64,000 bases of DNA, taken from contig OX597823.1 in NCBI GenBank assembly GCA_951406725.2, forward strand, positions 95,976,001-96,040,000, read 5' to 3'. The first letter of the stretch is position 1. Every line of letters starts with the position of its first letter. A program made the translations under genes and the position numbers. The notes under the pieces are model-generated. The model ran no database searches. It was given only the letters and a program-made list of their open reading frames with translations, and was not told the origin of the DNA. This stretch comes from Octopus vulgaris. Its lineage: Eukaryota. Positions 39,040 through 51,615 of the stretch are shown in pieces.

Positions 39040-40154
39040 TTAGTCTTTCTCTACATAGGAACCACCCAGAGTTACTCATTTCTCCCATCGTTTGATGCAG
39101 CTCTGGAGACTGTATTTTTTAGAAGACCCAGCTTGGTCCTCCAACCACGACGTGACTTCAGAAATCAAGGCTGCATCATCTGGGAAACGCTTTCCTTTCA
39201 AAAACAACTTCATGGCTGGAAAGAGGTGAAAATCAGAGGGTGCAAGGTCAGGAGAGTAGGGGAGATGGGGGAGGAGTTCATAGCCGCACGCCTGTGCTTC
39301 TGATCTGGCGACAAGCGAGTTGTGGACCGGAGCATTGTCCTGCAGGAGGAGGATGTCTTTGCTGATCTTGCCCCGCCTCTTGATTTTGATAGTTTCTCTT
39401 AATTTCCTCAAAAGTGAAGCATAATAGGCTCCTGTAATTGTGATACCCTTTGCCAAGAAATCTGTTATCAATACTCCGTCCTGGTCCCAGAAGACTGTGA
39501 GCATGACCTTGCCAGTGGAGGGCTCACCCTTGCCTTCTTTGGAGGAGGTGAGTCACAGTGCTTCCACTGCATTGACTGGGCTTTGGTCTCTGGATCATAG
39601 TGATGGACCCAGGTTTCATCCTGTGTAATCAGTCTTTTGAAAAATTTTGACTCATCTTCAAATGGCGGTGCCCCAGCATGGCCACAGCTCATGAGCTGAA
39701 ACTAGAATCAATCAATCAATCTTCTTGGCACATCTCCAAATTCCTCCTCGAGCACTCGACGCGTTCTTGCTTCTGGAAAGGTGTGAGCAACCTGGAAATC
39801 CATCTGGCAGACACCTTTTGCATATGCAAATGGTCATGAATAGTTTCCACAGACCCGGTACTAATCTTGACCTCGTGGGCTATTTGGCGAATAGTTATGC
39901 GCCGATCTTCCAAAATGGCAGCCTCAACTTGACAGACAGATACCTCATCAATTGCAGAAGGGGGGGCGACCAGATCTGGGAGCTGTTTCCACCGAGTTCC
40001 GACCATGTTTGAATTCACGATGCCAGCGTTTTACAAGGTCATATGATGGGGCATCATTACCATAAGTTACTTTCATTTCATCAAAAGTCTCTCGTGGTAT
40101 GCGTCCTTTCATATACAAAAACCAGATCACTGCTCGACACTCAACAGGCTCCAT
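39040..40154 (-). pseudogene. Mariner transposase pseudogene
   Basis: HTH N-terminus, WISRLL (WVPxxL), TQDETW, QDNAPVH, YSPDLAPSD with 34 aa between the 2nd and 3rd D. Lesions: frameshifts near 39960 and ~39520, a 65-bp insertion at 39660, and a premature TGA at 39078 before VTLGGSYVEKD*. Confidence 0.95.
39660..39718 (+). mobile_element. 5'-truncated SINE tail inserted in the transposase, 6-bp TSD
   Basis: GGCGGTGCCCCAGCATGGCCACAGC...(CAAT)n flanked by ATCTTC (39654-59 and 39719-24). Removing it restores MCQED-ESKFF. Confidence 0.85.
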
Positions 40155-40738
40155 TTCACACTTGACTCAGTTCAAACACCTGTAAATCAGAAACCACAAT
40201 TAGTTCAGAGCTGTAATTTACCACCTACTCTATAGAGATATAAATAATTGCACACGCAAAATTTCAGCTAGATCAAACAGCGGCAAGTGGGTCAGGGGCA
40301 TTACTTATTGAACGCCCCTCGTATACTGATGCAGTGGTTCAAAGATGTGGATAGTAATTTGAGGATAGTCTTTGATTGCCAATGGTAGTTAATACATACA
40401 TTTCATATCAACTTTGTTAAAATGTAAACACTGCAATATGATGTATTTTAACTCCTCAATGACAGACACTGGGAAGCCATCAAGAGTTACGACTGATTGA
40501 TATTTAAAGGAATCAATAATGAGGTAGCTTGTGTTGGTGCCATTTGAAGAGTCCATGGTAATTTAGTTGGTTCTGTGATGGTTTCATAGATTTGATAGTT
40601 TATTTCTTGTCTTATGAATTTTCAGCCATCTACAGAATATATTTGAGATGGTGGAGCAATAGATTTTGCAATGGAAGTGAAATTAATGAAAGGTGTAAAC
40701 AGGTGAAATATTTAAAATTAAATATCACTGAAGAATAT

Positions 40739-40971
40739 AGGTTTTAAATTTTGGCTCTAGGCCATAAATTTCAGGGGAGGAGATAAGTTGATTACATTGA
40801 CCCCCCCCTCCTCATCCCCCAGTGTTCAACTGGTACTTATTTTATCAACCCTGAAAGGATGAAAGGCAAAGTCAACCTTTGCGGAAATTTGAACTCAGAA
40901 TGTAAAGACGGCCGAAATGCTGCTAAGCATTTTGTCTGGTGTGCTAATCATTCTGCCAGCTTACTGTCCTA
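40739..40971 (-). mobile_element. S2 SINE with 15-bp TSD
   Basis: ATCACTGAAGAATAT at 40724-40738 and 40972-40986 flanks a full reverse S2. Confidence 0.9.
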
Positions 40972-41674
40972 ATCACTGAAGAATATTGAGACATGAAACT
41001 CTGTTCAAGAAGTGATTGTGCAACTAACAAAGATTACTGATTGTATAACTAATGAGGATTGCTGTTTGTACAAGTTTTTAGCAGGCCAAATATCAACCCT
41101 TACATATTTTTGTAATTCAGGAACAGTGTCTTTGAATGGACTTTAATGATTTACCAATTCTGCACAGAAATACCAACTGTGATAAAGTTATCAGTAGAGT
41201 CATTGTCAACTAAAATTTGTATTAATTGATTGTTAATTACAATGTTAATGAGTGCACAGAACAAATGATATTCCAATAAAGCTGAAAATAACCTAAAGTT
41301 GGTATTGGAGATTGGTTTATTACCATTCTTTATAATGGCATCCTGTAGGTTTATTACATGTCTTTCACATTTAGGAAACAAGAAATCATTTCTTCTTCCA
41401 CTTGTGACACATCTCTTCCTGGACATTTTCAACAATCATCTTTATACTCTTCACAAAAAATAAATGAAAATAAAAAACCAATTCTGAAAAGCAACAGATA
41501 AATTAGCTTTTTGTTCCATGTCCTCTTTTGTAACCGTAATAATCCTTACAATGATGTCTTGATAATAAAATGCCAACATCCAATGAGCCAAGTCTAATTC
41601 TCTGGCTTGTGACATAGTAGTTTCCATGTCCATTGTTTCGTTTTCAAGTAGTCTGAATCTTTATGTTGTTTAAG

Positions 41675-42020
41675 TGAAGATGCATGACTTAAGTGGTTTG
41701 GGCATTTGTCTTGTGATTGTAAAGTTGTGGGTTTGAGACCCAGCAGTGCATTGTGTAAATCATCCAAGAAGTGATAGAGCAAGGCACTTTATCTCCCGTT
41801 GCTGCCCCAGTCCACTCAGCCGGCAAAAATGAGTTGTACCAGTAATTCAAAGGGGCCAGACTTGTCACATTCTGTGTTACACTGAATCTCCCTGAGAACA
41901 ATAAAATGGGTACACATATCTGTGGAGTACTCAGCCACTTGCACATTAATTTCGTGAGTAGGCTGTTCTGTTGATCAGATCAACTGGAACTCTCGGCATC
42001 TTAACCAACAGAGTGCCACT
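41675..42020 (+). mobile_element. tRNA/CORE-like SINE, further family
   Basis: AGTGGTTTGGGC A-box-like, GGTTTGAGACCC B-box-like, GAGCAAGGCACTTTATCTC...CCAGTCCACTCAGC CORE-like block. Confidence 0.55.
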
Positions 42021-42417
42021 AGTTATTCAGAACTAACAGCATCCATTTTGAATCTTTCATATACATTTCAAACAACACTACATGAGAGTTATATTCCTTA
42101 GCTATGAGTTTTAAGGCTCGAAGACTTTAATTTAGAGGTTCTCTTAGCTATTGTTTTTAAGATAGAAGTTTATGTCATCTCTGGTTTCATGTAGCTATCC
42201 TTCAGGCAGTTTATTGTGTCCTTGTAATTATCAAAGTTTATGGGAATGAGTAAGCCATCAAGGTGAGAAATACTGACAAGAGAATGTCTAGTATGAGGAA
42301 GGGCTTCCATTTGTTAGAAACCCTGCCAAAGCTGACATTGATGACCAATGCCATTGTCAGGCAAATCAGATCCAGTCAAATCATCTAACCTAAACCAGCA
42401 TGGAAGATGGACATTAA

Positions 42418-42637
42418 CCCTTTAGTGTTCAGATTACTCTGTTAAACGTAATACTTTTTCACTCAAATTGTTTTCAATTAGTCATGCATTATCTTATAGC
42501 TTTGAGGTTTCAATGACATGATTGTTAATTTTTAGAATGTCATTGTAGGTTAGGTGTGAGAGGCTAGAAATGGCCAGTTTGAATATAAAACATGTAGAAT
42601 ATTTGGGTTGGATATAGCCGGTTTAAACACTAAAGGG
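42418..42637. mobile_element. piggyBac-type MITE (TTAA TSD), 220 bp, inserted in an S3 tail
   Basis: TTAA-CCCTTTAGTGTT ... AACACTAAAGGG-TTAA. Flanks rejoin to CATGGAAGATGGACATTAAATGATGAT. Confidence 0.88.
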
Positions 42638-43423
42638 TTAAATGATGATATGTAACAAGTGTTTGAATTCCAAAGAGGCTGACACAGATTGTGAAGGAAC
42701 TGTATAAACTTGTGTAGGGCCATAGCCCTGGTCTTGTTTGATTTGATGAATAAACTGTTATAAAGAAATCATGAAAAGGAATCTGTATACTACTAACTTT
42801 ATTCAATGAATAATGCTACAATTTAACATTCGGCTTGAGCAAGGAAGAGCGCATGTCCTTCACGTGATACAGCAATTATCGAAAAAATATAGAATGACAA
42901 TTTCAATAATTAAAAACTAATTTTATCTTTGCCATTTCTTATTCCAACTTGTAATTTTATCTTTGACAGTTTTTACCATCTTTCGTTGAAAACACTTCCA
43001 TCATTTAACTTTTTCACAGACTAAGCAATGGTTCCTTAGTCTTCTACTTAGTCTAAATAAATAAATGAATAATTAAATGCACCACATTTTTTTCTTCTTC
43101 TTGATAATGAACAATTGGTCCTCTGATTCCTTCCACCCAGCAGTGCATTCTAAAGAAGGCCACACACCATATATGTAAATAGTTTTAATGCATTGAAATA
43201 GAATTACAACATTCCATAAATATTCTTTGGGATTGCCACATTTCAAAAAAATACCTCAGTCACTTTGATTGTATTTCATTAAGTAAAAAAAGTGAAGTTT
43301 TATAATACTCTGGCTCACAAATATATTGGAAGTTTAACGATGAACCTATTCTAATTATTTATTTACTTATCATCCTTGGCCTTTCTTTGTCTTTGTAAAC
43401 CCTATGCATATTCTGCTGGTGCT

Positions 43424-43455
<32 letters not shown>

Positions 43456-45229
43456 TCAGTACCATCTTCTTGCTGTCTTAGATCTATTTTTTTCCATCTC
43501 GGTTTTCTCACCAGTTCATAATGAGTGATCCAAGTAAAATTTATTCTGGCCACTTTGTAGAAGCAGTCTGTCCACTTGATAAACATGTCTATGTAATCCA
43601 CAAAAGTAGACAGCTGTATGTGATGTTTTTCATTTAGTATGGAAGACATAACAAACCTGCAGTATTTAAATAATTCTTGACAAAGACGAATATGTAATCC
43701 TCTCTTTGTCCTTATATGTAAAATAGAAATAAAATACACTTAAGGGTCAGTGTTTTATCTCTGGTTTGAAGTGGATAAATATCGTCCTGGGTAGGATAGA
43801 CAACACTCTCAGATGATCTTGTGTCTATTCTCATCATTTTAGTCAACTGAAGCAATGAAGAATAAAGCATTGTACCCTCAAAATACCAGCACCAGCTTTG
43901 AAATCATGTCCCAAGAGCGAATAGTCTAAAATATTATCTGCTTTGTCATTAAATTTCTATAAGCCCTTGGTCTCTGTACATCTATATCACTTCCAAAAAA
44001 TGATGGCATTCTAAAGACCAGGTTTCCTATTTGGCATTTGAAGGCATTTTAGGCTTGATCCATTGTTAATTCCTGATGAAGCTCAAGAAAGACTTGTAAT
44101 GGAGGGCCTCTAACATCTCTGGGAAGTTGCAGCAGCTTCAACACACAGATGGACAGAGACTCATCGAAACACTCCAGCCATTAACTTGCATGTGATCTCT
44201 ATCATCTCTTGTCATAACCATGTCTCCCCCTCTGCATTAATATCTCTACCTAAAGGCTGACTTTATGTACTTGTTTCTCTTCTCCCTATTGTCTCTGACC
44301 TCCCAGATGCTACATAATCCCACACTAATTGCTATCGCCAAGAATTCTTCTTTAGTCCTGCAACCCCCTGAAATTCCTTCTTTTCCTATATTTTCCCTAC
44401 AGATATTGACCCACCACAATAGCACCAAACTGAACATCAGCTACATTGATTTAACCAATCAGAAATGTCAGAGGTGAATACCATCAACCTCTTGCTAATA
44501 ATTAAAACTAAAAACTAAATTGGTCATGTTTTTATGGTTAATGGAAAAATAATTTCTCTCCTCTTTCTGGGTACTTTGTCTCCTTTTTGTTATGAACTTA
44601 TCAGAAATCGCTTCTCCTACCCAAGCCATCTTCTTCATACCCTAACTTCTAAAAGTCTGATTTAACCCCTCAACCCCAAGTTATCTAGATTCCATCTTCA
44701 TACTGTCTACTCTTAAATACTAACAGGCAATATTTTTATATCTTTGGTCTCAGTTTGGATTTAGTTTTTAATGTGGATGTCTCATTTGTCTCCTCTTGGT
44801 GGCACCTCAGTTCTATGGTGTCACATGGAAACTGGACAATGACATCTTCAAAATCCATTTTTTTCACTAAATTATTGCAATGCTTAGTGTTGCAGTAAAG
44901 ATTGGAACTGGACATCTTTCATGTTTTTTTTTTTTTTTTTTTTGATAAATACCATGAAATTCATCATATTTTATTTTGGTAGAACTTTATGGTTCTGAGT
45001 TCAATTGCTGTTGCTGTTGATTTAGTGACTAGGCAATTGGTAAAATATAACACCAATAATTCTCTAGGGGTGCATAATTTAGTCATGTTTTAGTTAGCAG
45101 CTGAGGAATGCTGCTTTTTCAGATCATATCTGGAATGCATTGTTTCAAAGCATAATATCCTGTATGAGTCCTCAAAATAAATAAAGTTAAAAAAAAAGAA
45201 AGAAAAAAAAAAAAGAAACCATGCTGGAT

Positions 45230-45560
45230 AATGGTACAGGCTTGGCTCTATTTAAGATGCCTGCTTTGTAACCATCTGGTTTCATGTACATTCCTTTTTT
45301 TGTTCACTTGACATTGGGCATATATATATATATGTCTGTCTGTCTGTCTGTCTGTCTCTGCGTGCCTTTGTGTTTGTTTCCCCCACTGCTTGACAACCAG
45401 TATTGGTTTGTTTACATCCTTGTAATTTGGCAAAAGAGACTGGTAGAATTAGGACCAGACTTAAAAAACTAAGTCCTGAGGTCATTTTGTTCAGCTAAAC
45501 CCTTTTGAGGCAATGCCCCAGCATGGCCACCATTCAATGACTGGAATAAGTAAAAGATAA
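45230..45560 (+). mobile_element. S1 SINE (degenerate 5' part)
   Basis: GCTTGACAACC...GGCAAAAGAGAC...GCCCCAGCATGGCCAC...GTAAAAGATAAAA. Confidence 0.7.
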
Positions 45561-46077
45561 AATATGAAGTTTAATCTGAAAATTTGATCAAATATAAAAT
45601 GGAAAGAGTCTACTTCTTTGGCAAGAGGCAAAAACCTGAGAGAATGGGTTGAAGGAGCTGTTCCACTGGAGAGATTTTTTTGGTTTCCATTGTATTTTGT
45701 GGAAGTTTACTTTGGCAAAATGGTAATACAAAGAACCCTCTTTCTGTCACTCTTTACCCTTCCCCTATCTTCTGCTCTCTTCATCCTCTTCTGTTTGTCT
45801 TTTCCTTTCATCTTCTAGTTGCTTACCATACATGTTTTCCATCACCAAATAACCGCCCCCCTCATGGGTTTCCTATGGCTCAGCTGAGGCTAATCTACAC
45901 TGACAAACTCAAGGCCCTAATGGTATTAGCCATGGGGATCTGCTGGTGAAAGTTCTAGAAATATCAGGATGGCTGTTTGTGTAATGGTGGCTCTGTCTCA
46001 TTCTGAAGCAGAAGCCAATGTTATGTTGTTGCAGTTGCTAATATGGATGGTGCTGTCGATAATATTATCATTATTAA

Positions 46078-46300
46078 AAGCAGCAAGCTGGCAGAATCGT
46101 TAGCTGGAGAAAATAATTAGCAGCATTTCACCCGTCTTTACATTGAGAGTTCAAAAAATGCTACCGAGGGTTGACTTTACCTTTCCTTCTGCTGGGGTGG
46201 GGGTTGAGAAAATAATAACCTGTTGAGCACACTGGAGGTAATCTAATGAAGTAACTTCCTTCCCTCCCCAATTTCAGGCCTTGTGCCTATAATAGAAAGG
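46078..46300 (+). mobile_element. S2 SINE
   Basis: GCAGCAAGCTGGCAGAATCGTTAGC head; TTTCAGGCCTTGTGCCTATAATAGAAAGG tail. Confidence 0.75.
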
Positions 46301-46913
46301 GTTATTATGAGTCTTACTATTGGAAGGAGATTGTCCATGAAACTAACCCTACTTATATCATGGCATTCTGACACCATTCTCTGAATAGCTTTGTTGTCAT
46401 TAACATTGTGATTAATTAATGCTTAATTACATGTCATTTAATTGGGACAAAATAGCTGCTGCTGAATGTGTAAACTGAAAGATATTTATAACAATTATTT
46501 TATTTGTTAGGGTTTATGGATGTATGAGTAAGTGATTAAAAGGTTCACAGGGTTTTAGGTTCAATGCTATTGTGGACTACCCACAGGAAGTCTCTTCTGC
46601 CATGGCATTTAGTTGACCAAAGCTGGGTAATTTGGCACTGTAGAAAGTCTTCTGCTGGAACGTACCAGCTTTGTTGTCAATTGAATAGGCTTGAAGATTA
46701 CCTTTGGGTAATCCCTCTCCATATATGCTCACACATACACAGATTATCTGGGATTTGAAGTCAGTTTCATCCTAATGAAGCTACCTTAAGTTAAAAGTTG
46801 AAGTTTCTTTGGCTGACTCAACCAGTTAGACCATAATAAAACTCATGGTTCCATTGACTGACCAACAGGAATCCATACTACTGACCTTTTCATTAATTAG
46901 GCAGAAGCATTAA

Positions 46914-47133
46914 CCCTTTCATTACCAACCTGGCTGAAACCGGCTCTAGCTCCGAGTACAAATGTCTTGTTTTCATAAGTTTTGAATTGAAATCTTCCAC
47001 CAAACCTTAGTCACAATTTATGTTCTTATCACTAGCTTAATGATAACTAAGTTATTTTACTAAATTCTTTGTTATATTTAAAGTAATTGAAAGAAATACT
47101 GAGCATCTCAAAATAAATACAGTAACGAAAGGG
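46914..47133. mobile_element. piggyBac-type MITE (TTAA TSD), 220 bp, second family
   Basis: TTAA-CCCTTTCATTAC ... GTAACGAAAGGG-TTAA. Degenerate relatives at ~29455-29650 and ~19955-20060. Confidence 0.88.
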
Positions 47134-47769
47134 TTAAAGCACTAAAAAACCCACTCGGGCTTCTGTTGTGTCCCTGTTATGTTCTGAGTTCAATCCCTGT
47201 TGGATTTCATTTTTGTCTTTTACAGTGTCGCAGTTGATAAAACAAGCATCACTTATCAGATTCTGCACAATCAGATTCTACCTGCCATAAAAATTTGTTC
47301 TGTGCTCTTGTCAAAACATTTTATGTCCTTAGTTTAAATTCCACAGGAATTTACTTGGCCTTTCACTCTTCCTGGATTAATAAAACAATACTAGTTATAT
47401 ACTGGGATCAATCTGGGTTAATTAAACCTTTTCTCTACAAATTTGTGGTTTTATGCCTATTCCAGAAACCATTATCGGGATAGTTGATTCCGTACCATTG
47501 GAGTGAGCTGTACAAAATGTTTTGTGGAGATCATTATCTCAAAGTTTTATCTTCAGGACGGAACTGGAAAGAGATAAAAATATAGGTTATACTGTGTCAG
47601 AGTGGACATTAAGGCAAAAGTTCAGAAGACATGAGTGGAGGGACATAATAAGGAGGTGTGGGTGTGTAGGGGTTGCTAGACAATATTTTTCTTGATATAT
47701 ATATGTGTATTTGTGGTGAGACAGAACCTCTTGGCAATGTGAGAATATATGTGCATGTATTAGGTGTGG

Positions 47770-47807
<38 letters not shown>

Positions 47808-47811
<4 letters not shown>

Positions 47812-48041
47812 CGTGACTGACCAAGTTATCAGATGTTGCTACACATCGCTGGTCACAATGCGCTTTGCATTGTTTTAGCCTTCAAATGACGCCACCCCGC
47901 TGGCTAAATGAGCAGGCCAACAGGCGTGGAGCTTTAGGTGTTTTCGCTCAATAAACACTCACAACGCCCGGTCTGGGAATCGAAACCGCGATCCTACAAC
48001 CGCGAGTCCGCTGCCTTAACCACTGGGCCATTGTGCCTCCC
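47808..48041 (-). mobile_element. tRNA-derived SINE (well-preserved A and B boxes)
   Basis: - strand GGAGGCACAATGGCCCAGTGGTTAAGGCAGCGGACTCGCGG...GGTTTCGATTCCC. Its 3' tail is shared with 56250-56361. No acceptor-stem closure, so not a tRNA gene. Confidence 0.8.
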
Positions 48042-49859
48042 ATATATAATATATATATATTTATTTTGTCTTCACCTGGGTTTGAAATCTGTTTAAAATT
48101 CCAGTCAATGTTTTTTATCCACAAGGCCAGTGTTGCATTACTATCAACTGACAGAAGAACTGTTAGTAACACACACACACACACACACAAATGCCAATTG
48201 TATATTCTATTTGTGAAACATCCTCTGTGTGCTTTGTAAAAAGAGACTTTATTTGATTTATTTATTTTTACTAGTTTTTACATTTGTTAGTTTGCGAGAA
48301 GTAAATTACACATTCAAAGTAACTTGTTTGTTTTTGTTCTCCTGGCACTGTTTAAGATGATTGCTATTGGGAATTGACCACACACACACACCTATGAATT
48401 TATTCACACAGATTGTCAGCTATCATTAATTACTCATTTTTTTCATTTGGTTTTGAGGAACATGGCTTGTATGCATAAGAATCCAAATATGAATCTGATG
48501 TGGAATATGGATGTGTGCACACACACACACACACACTTGTTTATAATCATGCTGATACAATTTTGTAAGCATACTCTTGGTTACACACACACACAGAACC
48601 TACATGTTCCATGAATGTATATCTACATCAACATCATATCTAAATATGTGCACATACATACACCCACCTACATACACACACACAAACTTGATACCCCCTT
48701 ACATCCACACATTTACACATGGTCACATGTTTGCTTTCACACACACACACACACACACACACGCACGTGCGTGCGCGCACACACACACACACACACACAC
48801 GCATGCATTCTTTTTGGAATTTGGAAGTTAGTTCTTTGTTACAGATAATATTTTGTAGCTTTAAGTTATCACAATTCATTTATTCTGACGGTGCTACTTG
48901 TAGTAATAAATTGGTGAATTTCTAGGCAGCATTTACATTTTTTAATGCTTCAGACCCAGGTGTCGAAACCATAATGATATCTGTTTGAACAGCTGATGAT
49001 GGGAAGGCACATATATTATGCTTGATTGTTAATTTCTTATATCTTAAATCTCCTTATTCTGAGTTGTCTTTTATTCTTCTAAAGTGGTAAGTGTCTGTGG
49101 ATTCAGAGTTTGTTGGGACCTTTTACTTTGATATTGTTTGGTTTTTCTTCTTCATAAGTAACCTAATTTGGCTTGGTGTCTAGTCTTAGAATGTTCTCTG
49201 GCATCTATGACAATCCGCAGCAGGTCTTGGAAGTTTTACTGCCAGCAGACTTCATCACCATTATCATCTGTTTTTCTCTGCTGGCATTGGTTAGACAGGG
49301 TATTAATCTCTCGTTAGCCACCTTGGTCTTTTGTCTTCTCACCTGACATTAGTCTTTCACCATCTGACACAACAAAGAAAAACTGTTGAGCATTTCTCTT
49401 TGCTGTCACTTTTGGTAGTTTTATATTTTTGTAGTTGGATATCTTTCTTGTCACCAACCTCTTTCATTGTGTCTTTTCCTATGGTTGGAATTGAAATCTG
49501 CACCACTGCTTAGAGTGGTGAATTATACCCCTTGTATTTAGTTCCACAGATCGAGTTCAGACGCAGAACATTGTATTAAGAGCAGGGTATGAATTGATTT
49601 TTTTTACTGGGGTGACTGGTACCCCTAAGTATCTCTTTGTAAATTAAAAAAAATTTTGTTGGTAAATTGTTATTGCTCTGCAGTATTTAGTTGTAACTCT
49701 TACCATTCTGAGTTCAAACCCTGTTACCTTCTTATTGTTTGATGTTGATACAATAAGTTACAGCCAAGTAGTGGGTTGGGGGGTGGGTTGATATAATTAT
49801 CTGCTGCTACCCCAGACCTTATTGCTCTGTGACTATGTAAGAAATAATAATTATTATTG

Positions 49860-50062
49860 AAATGGTAAGCTGGCAGAATTGTTAGCAGGCCAGATAAAGT
49901 GTTTAGTGGCATTTCATCCATCTTCAAATTCTGCCATGATCAATTTTACCTTTCGTTCATTCAGAGTTGATAAAATATATACCAGTCACTTATTAGGGGT
50001 CAATGTAATTGACTTACTCCTCCCCTGAAATTGCTGGCCTTGTGCCAAAATTTGAAACCAGT
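49860..50062 (+). mobile_element. S2 SINE
   Basis: GGTAAGCTGGCAGAATTGTTAGC head; GCTGGCCTTGTGCCAAAATTTGAAACC tail. Confidence 0.75.
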
Positions 50063-50490
50063 TATTATAATTATTCAGTAGTCTTATGTTTGTATTCTTC
50101 CAGTGCACACTTGGGGGTGGGGGGCATCTCTCAGGGGCCTCCTGTCTATGCAGTGTTTTTTTTTTTCTTTTGAGGGGATGGGAGGTTTCCTTTTTGTAAA
50201 TACTCTTTATACATTACCTTGTGGTGCTTATTCTCTGTCTGTTATGTATATTTGTAATTCTTTGGGTTTTGATTAGGCTGTTGTCTGCAGGTTTTATTAA
50301 TCACCCCCAAAGCCCCTACTATTAGAAAGACAGTTTCTCTTTTCAACCCCTCTTATATATATTTTGGTTATCTCTATTTTTAGTTCTTAATATTTGGATA
50401 ATTTCTCCATTGCTTTTACAGGTAAATTGTTTCTAGAAACTGATACTTTCATTAGGAGCCTCTTCCGTTCTTGGTTGCCCTAAGAAATCA

Positions 50491-50720
50491 CTTTTATCAT
50501 TATTATTTTATTTTATTCTTATTTTATCATTATTATTTTATTTTATTCTTATTTTATCATTATTATTTTATTTTATTCTTATTTTATCATTATTATTTTA
50601 TTTTATTCTTATTTTATCATTATTATTTTATTTTATTCTTATTTTATCATTATTATTTTGTTTTATTATTGTTATTTTATTATTGTTATTTATTGTTATT
50701 TTATTATTATTTTATAATAT
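50491..50720 (+). repeat. 30-bp minisatellite (ATTTTATCATTATTATTTTATTTTATTCTT) x5 plus decaying (TTA)n
   Basis: Exact 30-nt periodicity over 50492-50659. Confidence 0.95.
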
Positions 50721-50729
50721 GCTCTATTA

Positions 50730-51090
50730 GTGTGCAGGGATATTGTCTTGAGGTTTAGTAACACCAAATCTCAAGCCTCAAGAATCTTCCAAGAGACCCT
50801 TGCAGAATACAGGATGGCACTTTTCTACAGATAGACAATGCGTGTAGCAATTCCAATACCCTTCAGTGTCTTATATAGCATTTTGGCTGTTGTGCCAAGT
50901 GCACCAATTACCACTGGAATAACATCTCAGTCTTCCACAATTTCTTCATCTTTCTAGTTGGGTCTTGATATTTCTCAATTTCTTTGGCATCCAGTCTATG
51001 ACCTTACACTGTTTTGTCCTCTATAATCATACCTGGTCTTCTTGCTTCAATAGTATGATCAGTCTTTAGAAGGAAATCCCATAAAATCCT
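50730..51090 (-). mobile_element. Dong/R4-type non-LTR retrotransposon 3' fragment (restriction-like endonuclease domain)
   Basis: - strand RILWDFLLKTDHTIEARRPG...KEIEKYQD...KLWK...IPVVIGALG, the RRPD/KxxKY/VIGALG pattern of R4/Dong; (TAA)n-like tracts on both sides. Confidence 0.8.
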
Positions 51091-51109
51091 GTTGTTGTTA
51101 TTATTATTG

Positions 51110-51615
51110 GATGCAAAGAGCACCATACGAGTGTGATCGTTGACAGAGCGGCTAACTGGCTTCTGTGCCAGTGGCACATAAGAGGCACCATTCGAGTGTG
51201 ATCATTACCAGCGTTGCCTTATAGGCACTTGAGCCCCGTGCTACTAGGGTGCCAAGAGCACCATCCGAGCGTGATCATTGCCAGAGCGGCTAACTGGCTT
51301 CCGTGCTGGTGACACGTAAAAGGCACCATTCAAGTGTGATCATTACCAGCGTTGCCTTACTGGCACCTGTGCTGGTGGCATGTGTAAAAAGATTCGAGCG
51401 AGGTCGTTGCCAGTACCGCCTGACTGGTCCCTGTGCCAGTAACACGTAAAAAGCACCCACTACACTCTCGGAGTAGCTGGCATTAGGAAAGGCATCCAGC
51501 TGTAGAAACTCTGCCTGGTCAAGATTGAAGCCTGGTGCAGCCATCTGGTTCACCAGCCCTCAGTCAAAATCATCCAACCCATGCTAGCATAGAAAGCAGA
51601 CGTTAAACGATGATT
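51110..51615 (+). mobile_element. S3 repeat with ~140-bp tandem duplication
   Basis: AAGAGCACCAT..GAG.GTGATC.TTG.CAGAGCGGCTAACTGGCTTC at ~51116 and ~51254; S3 tail follows. Confidence 0.8.

Larger units (their letters stand above)
38967..40321 (-). mobile_element. Full-length mariner transposon (DD34D), inactivated
   Basis: Perfect 37-bp TIRs CGAGGGGCGTTCAATAAGTAATGCCCCTGACCCACTT; TA on both sides (38965-66, 40322-23). Confidence 0.97.

Noticed and set aside
43359-43739. 126-aa ORF on - strand (also 41151-41633)
   Set aside because: No recognisable domain or splice context; runs through an (AAAG)n repeat.
46511-46527. Candidate 17-nt exon before GTAAGT
   Set aside because: Frameshifting; poor pyrimidine tract.
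47960-48041. tRNA gene
   Set aside because: A/B boxes are present but there is no closing acceptor stem; it continues into a SINE body and tail.
50471-50758. Hydrophobic repeat ORF (FYHYYFILFL)n
   Set aside because: Translation of the 30-bp AT-rich minisatellite.
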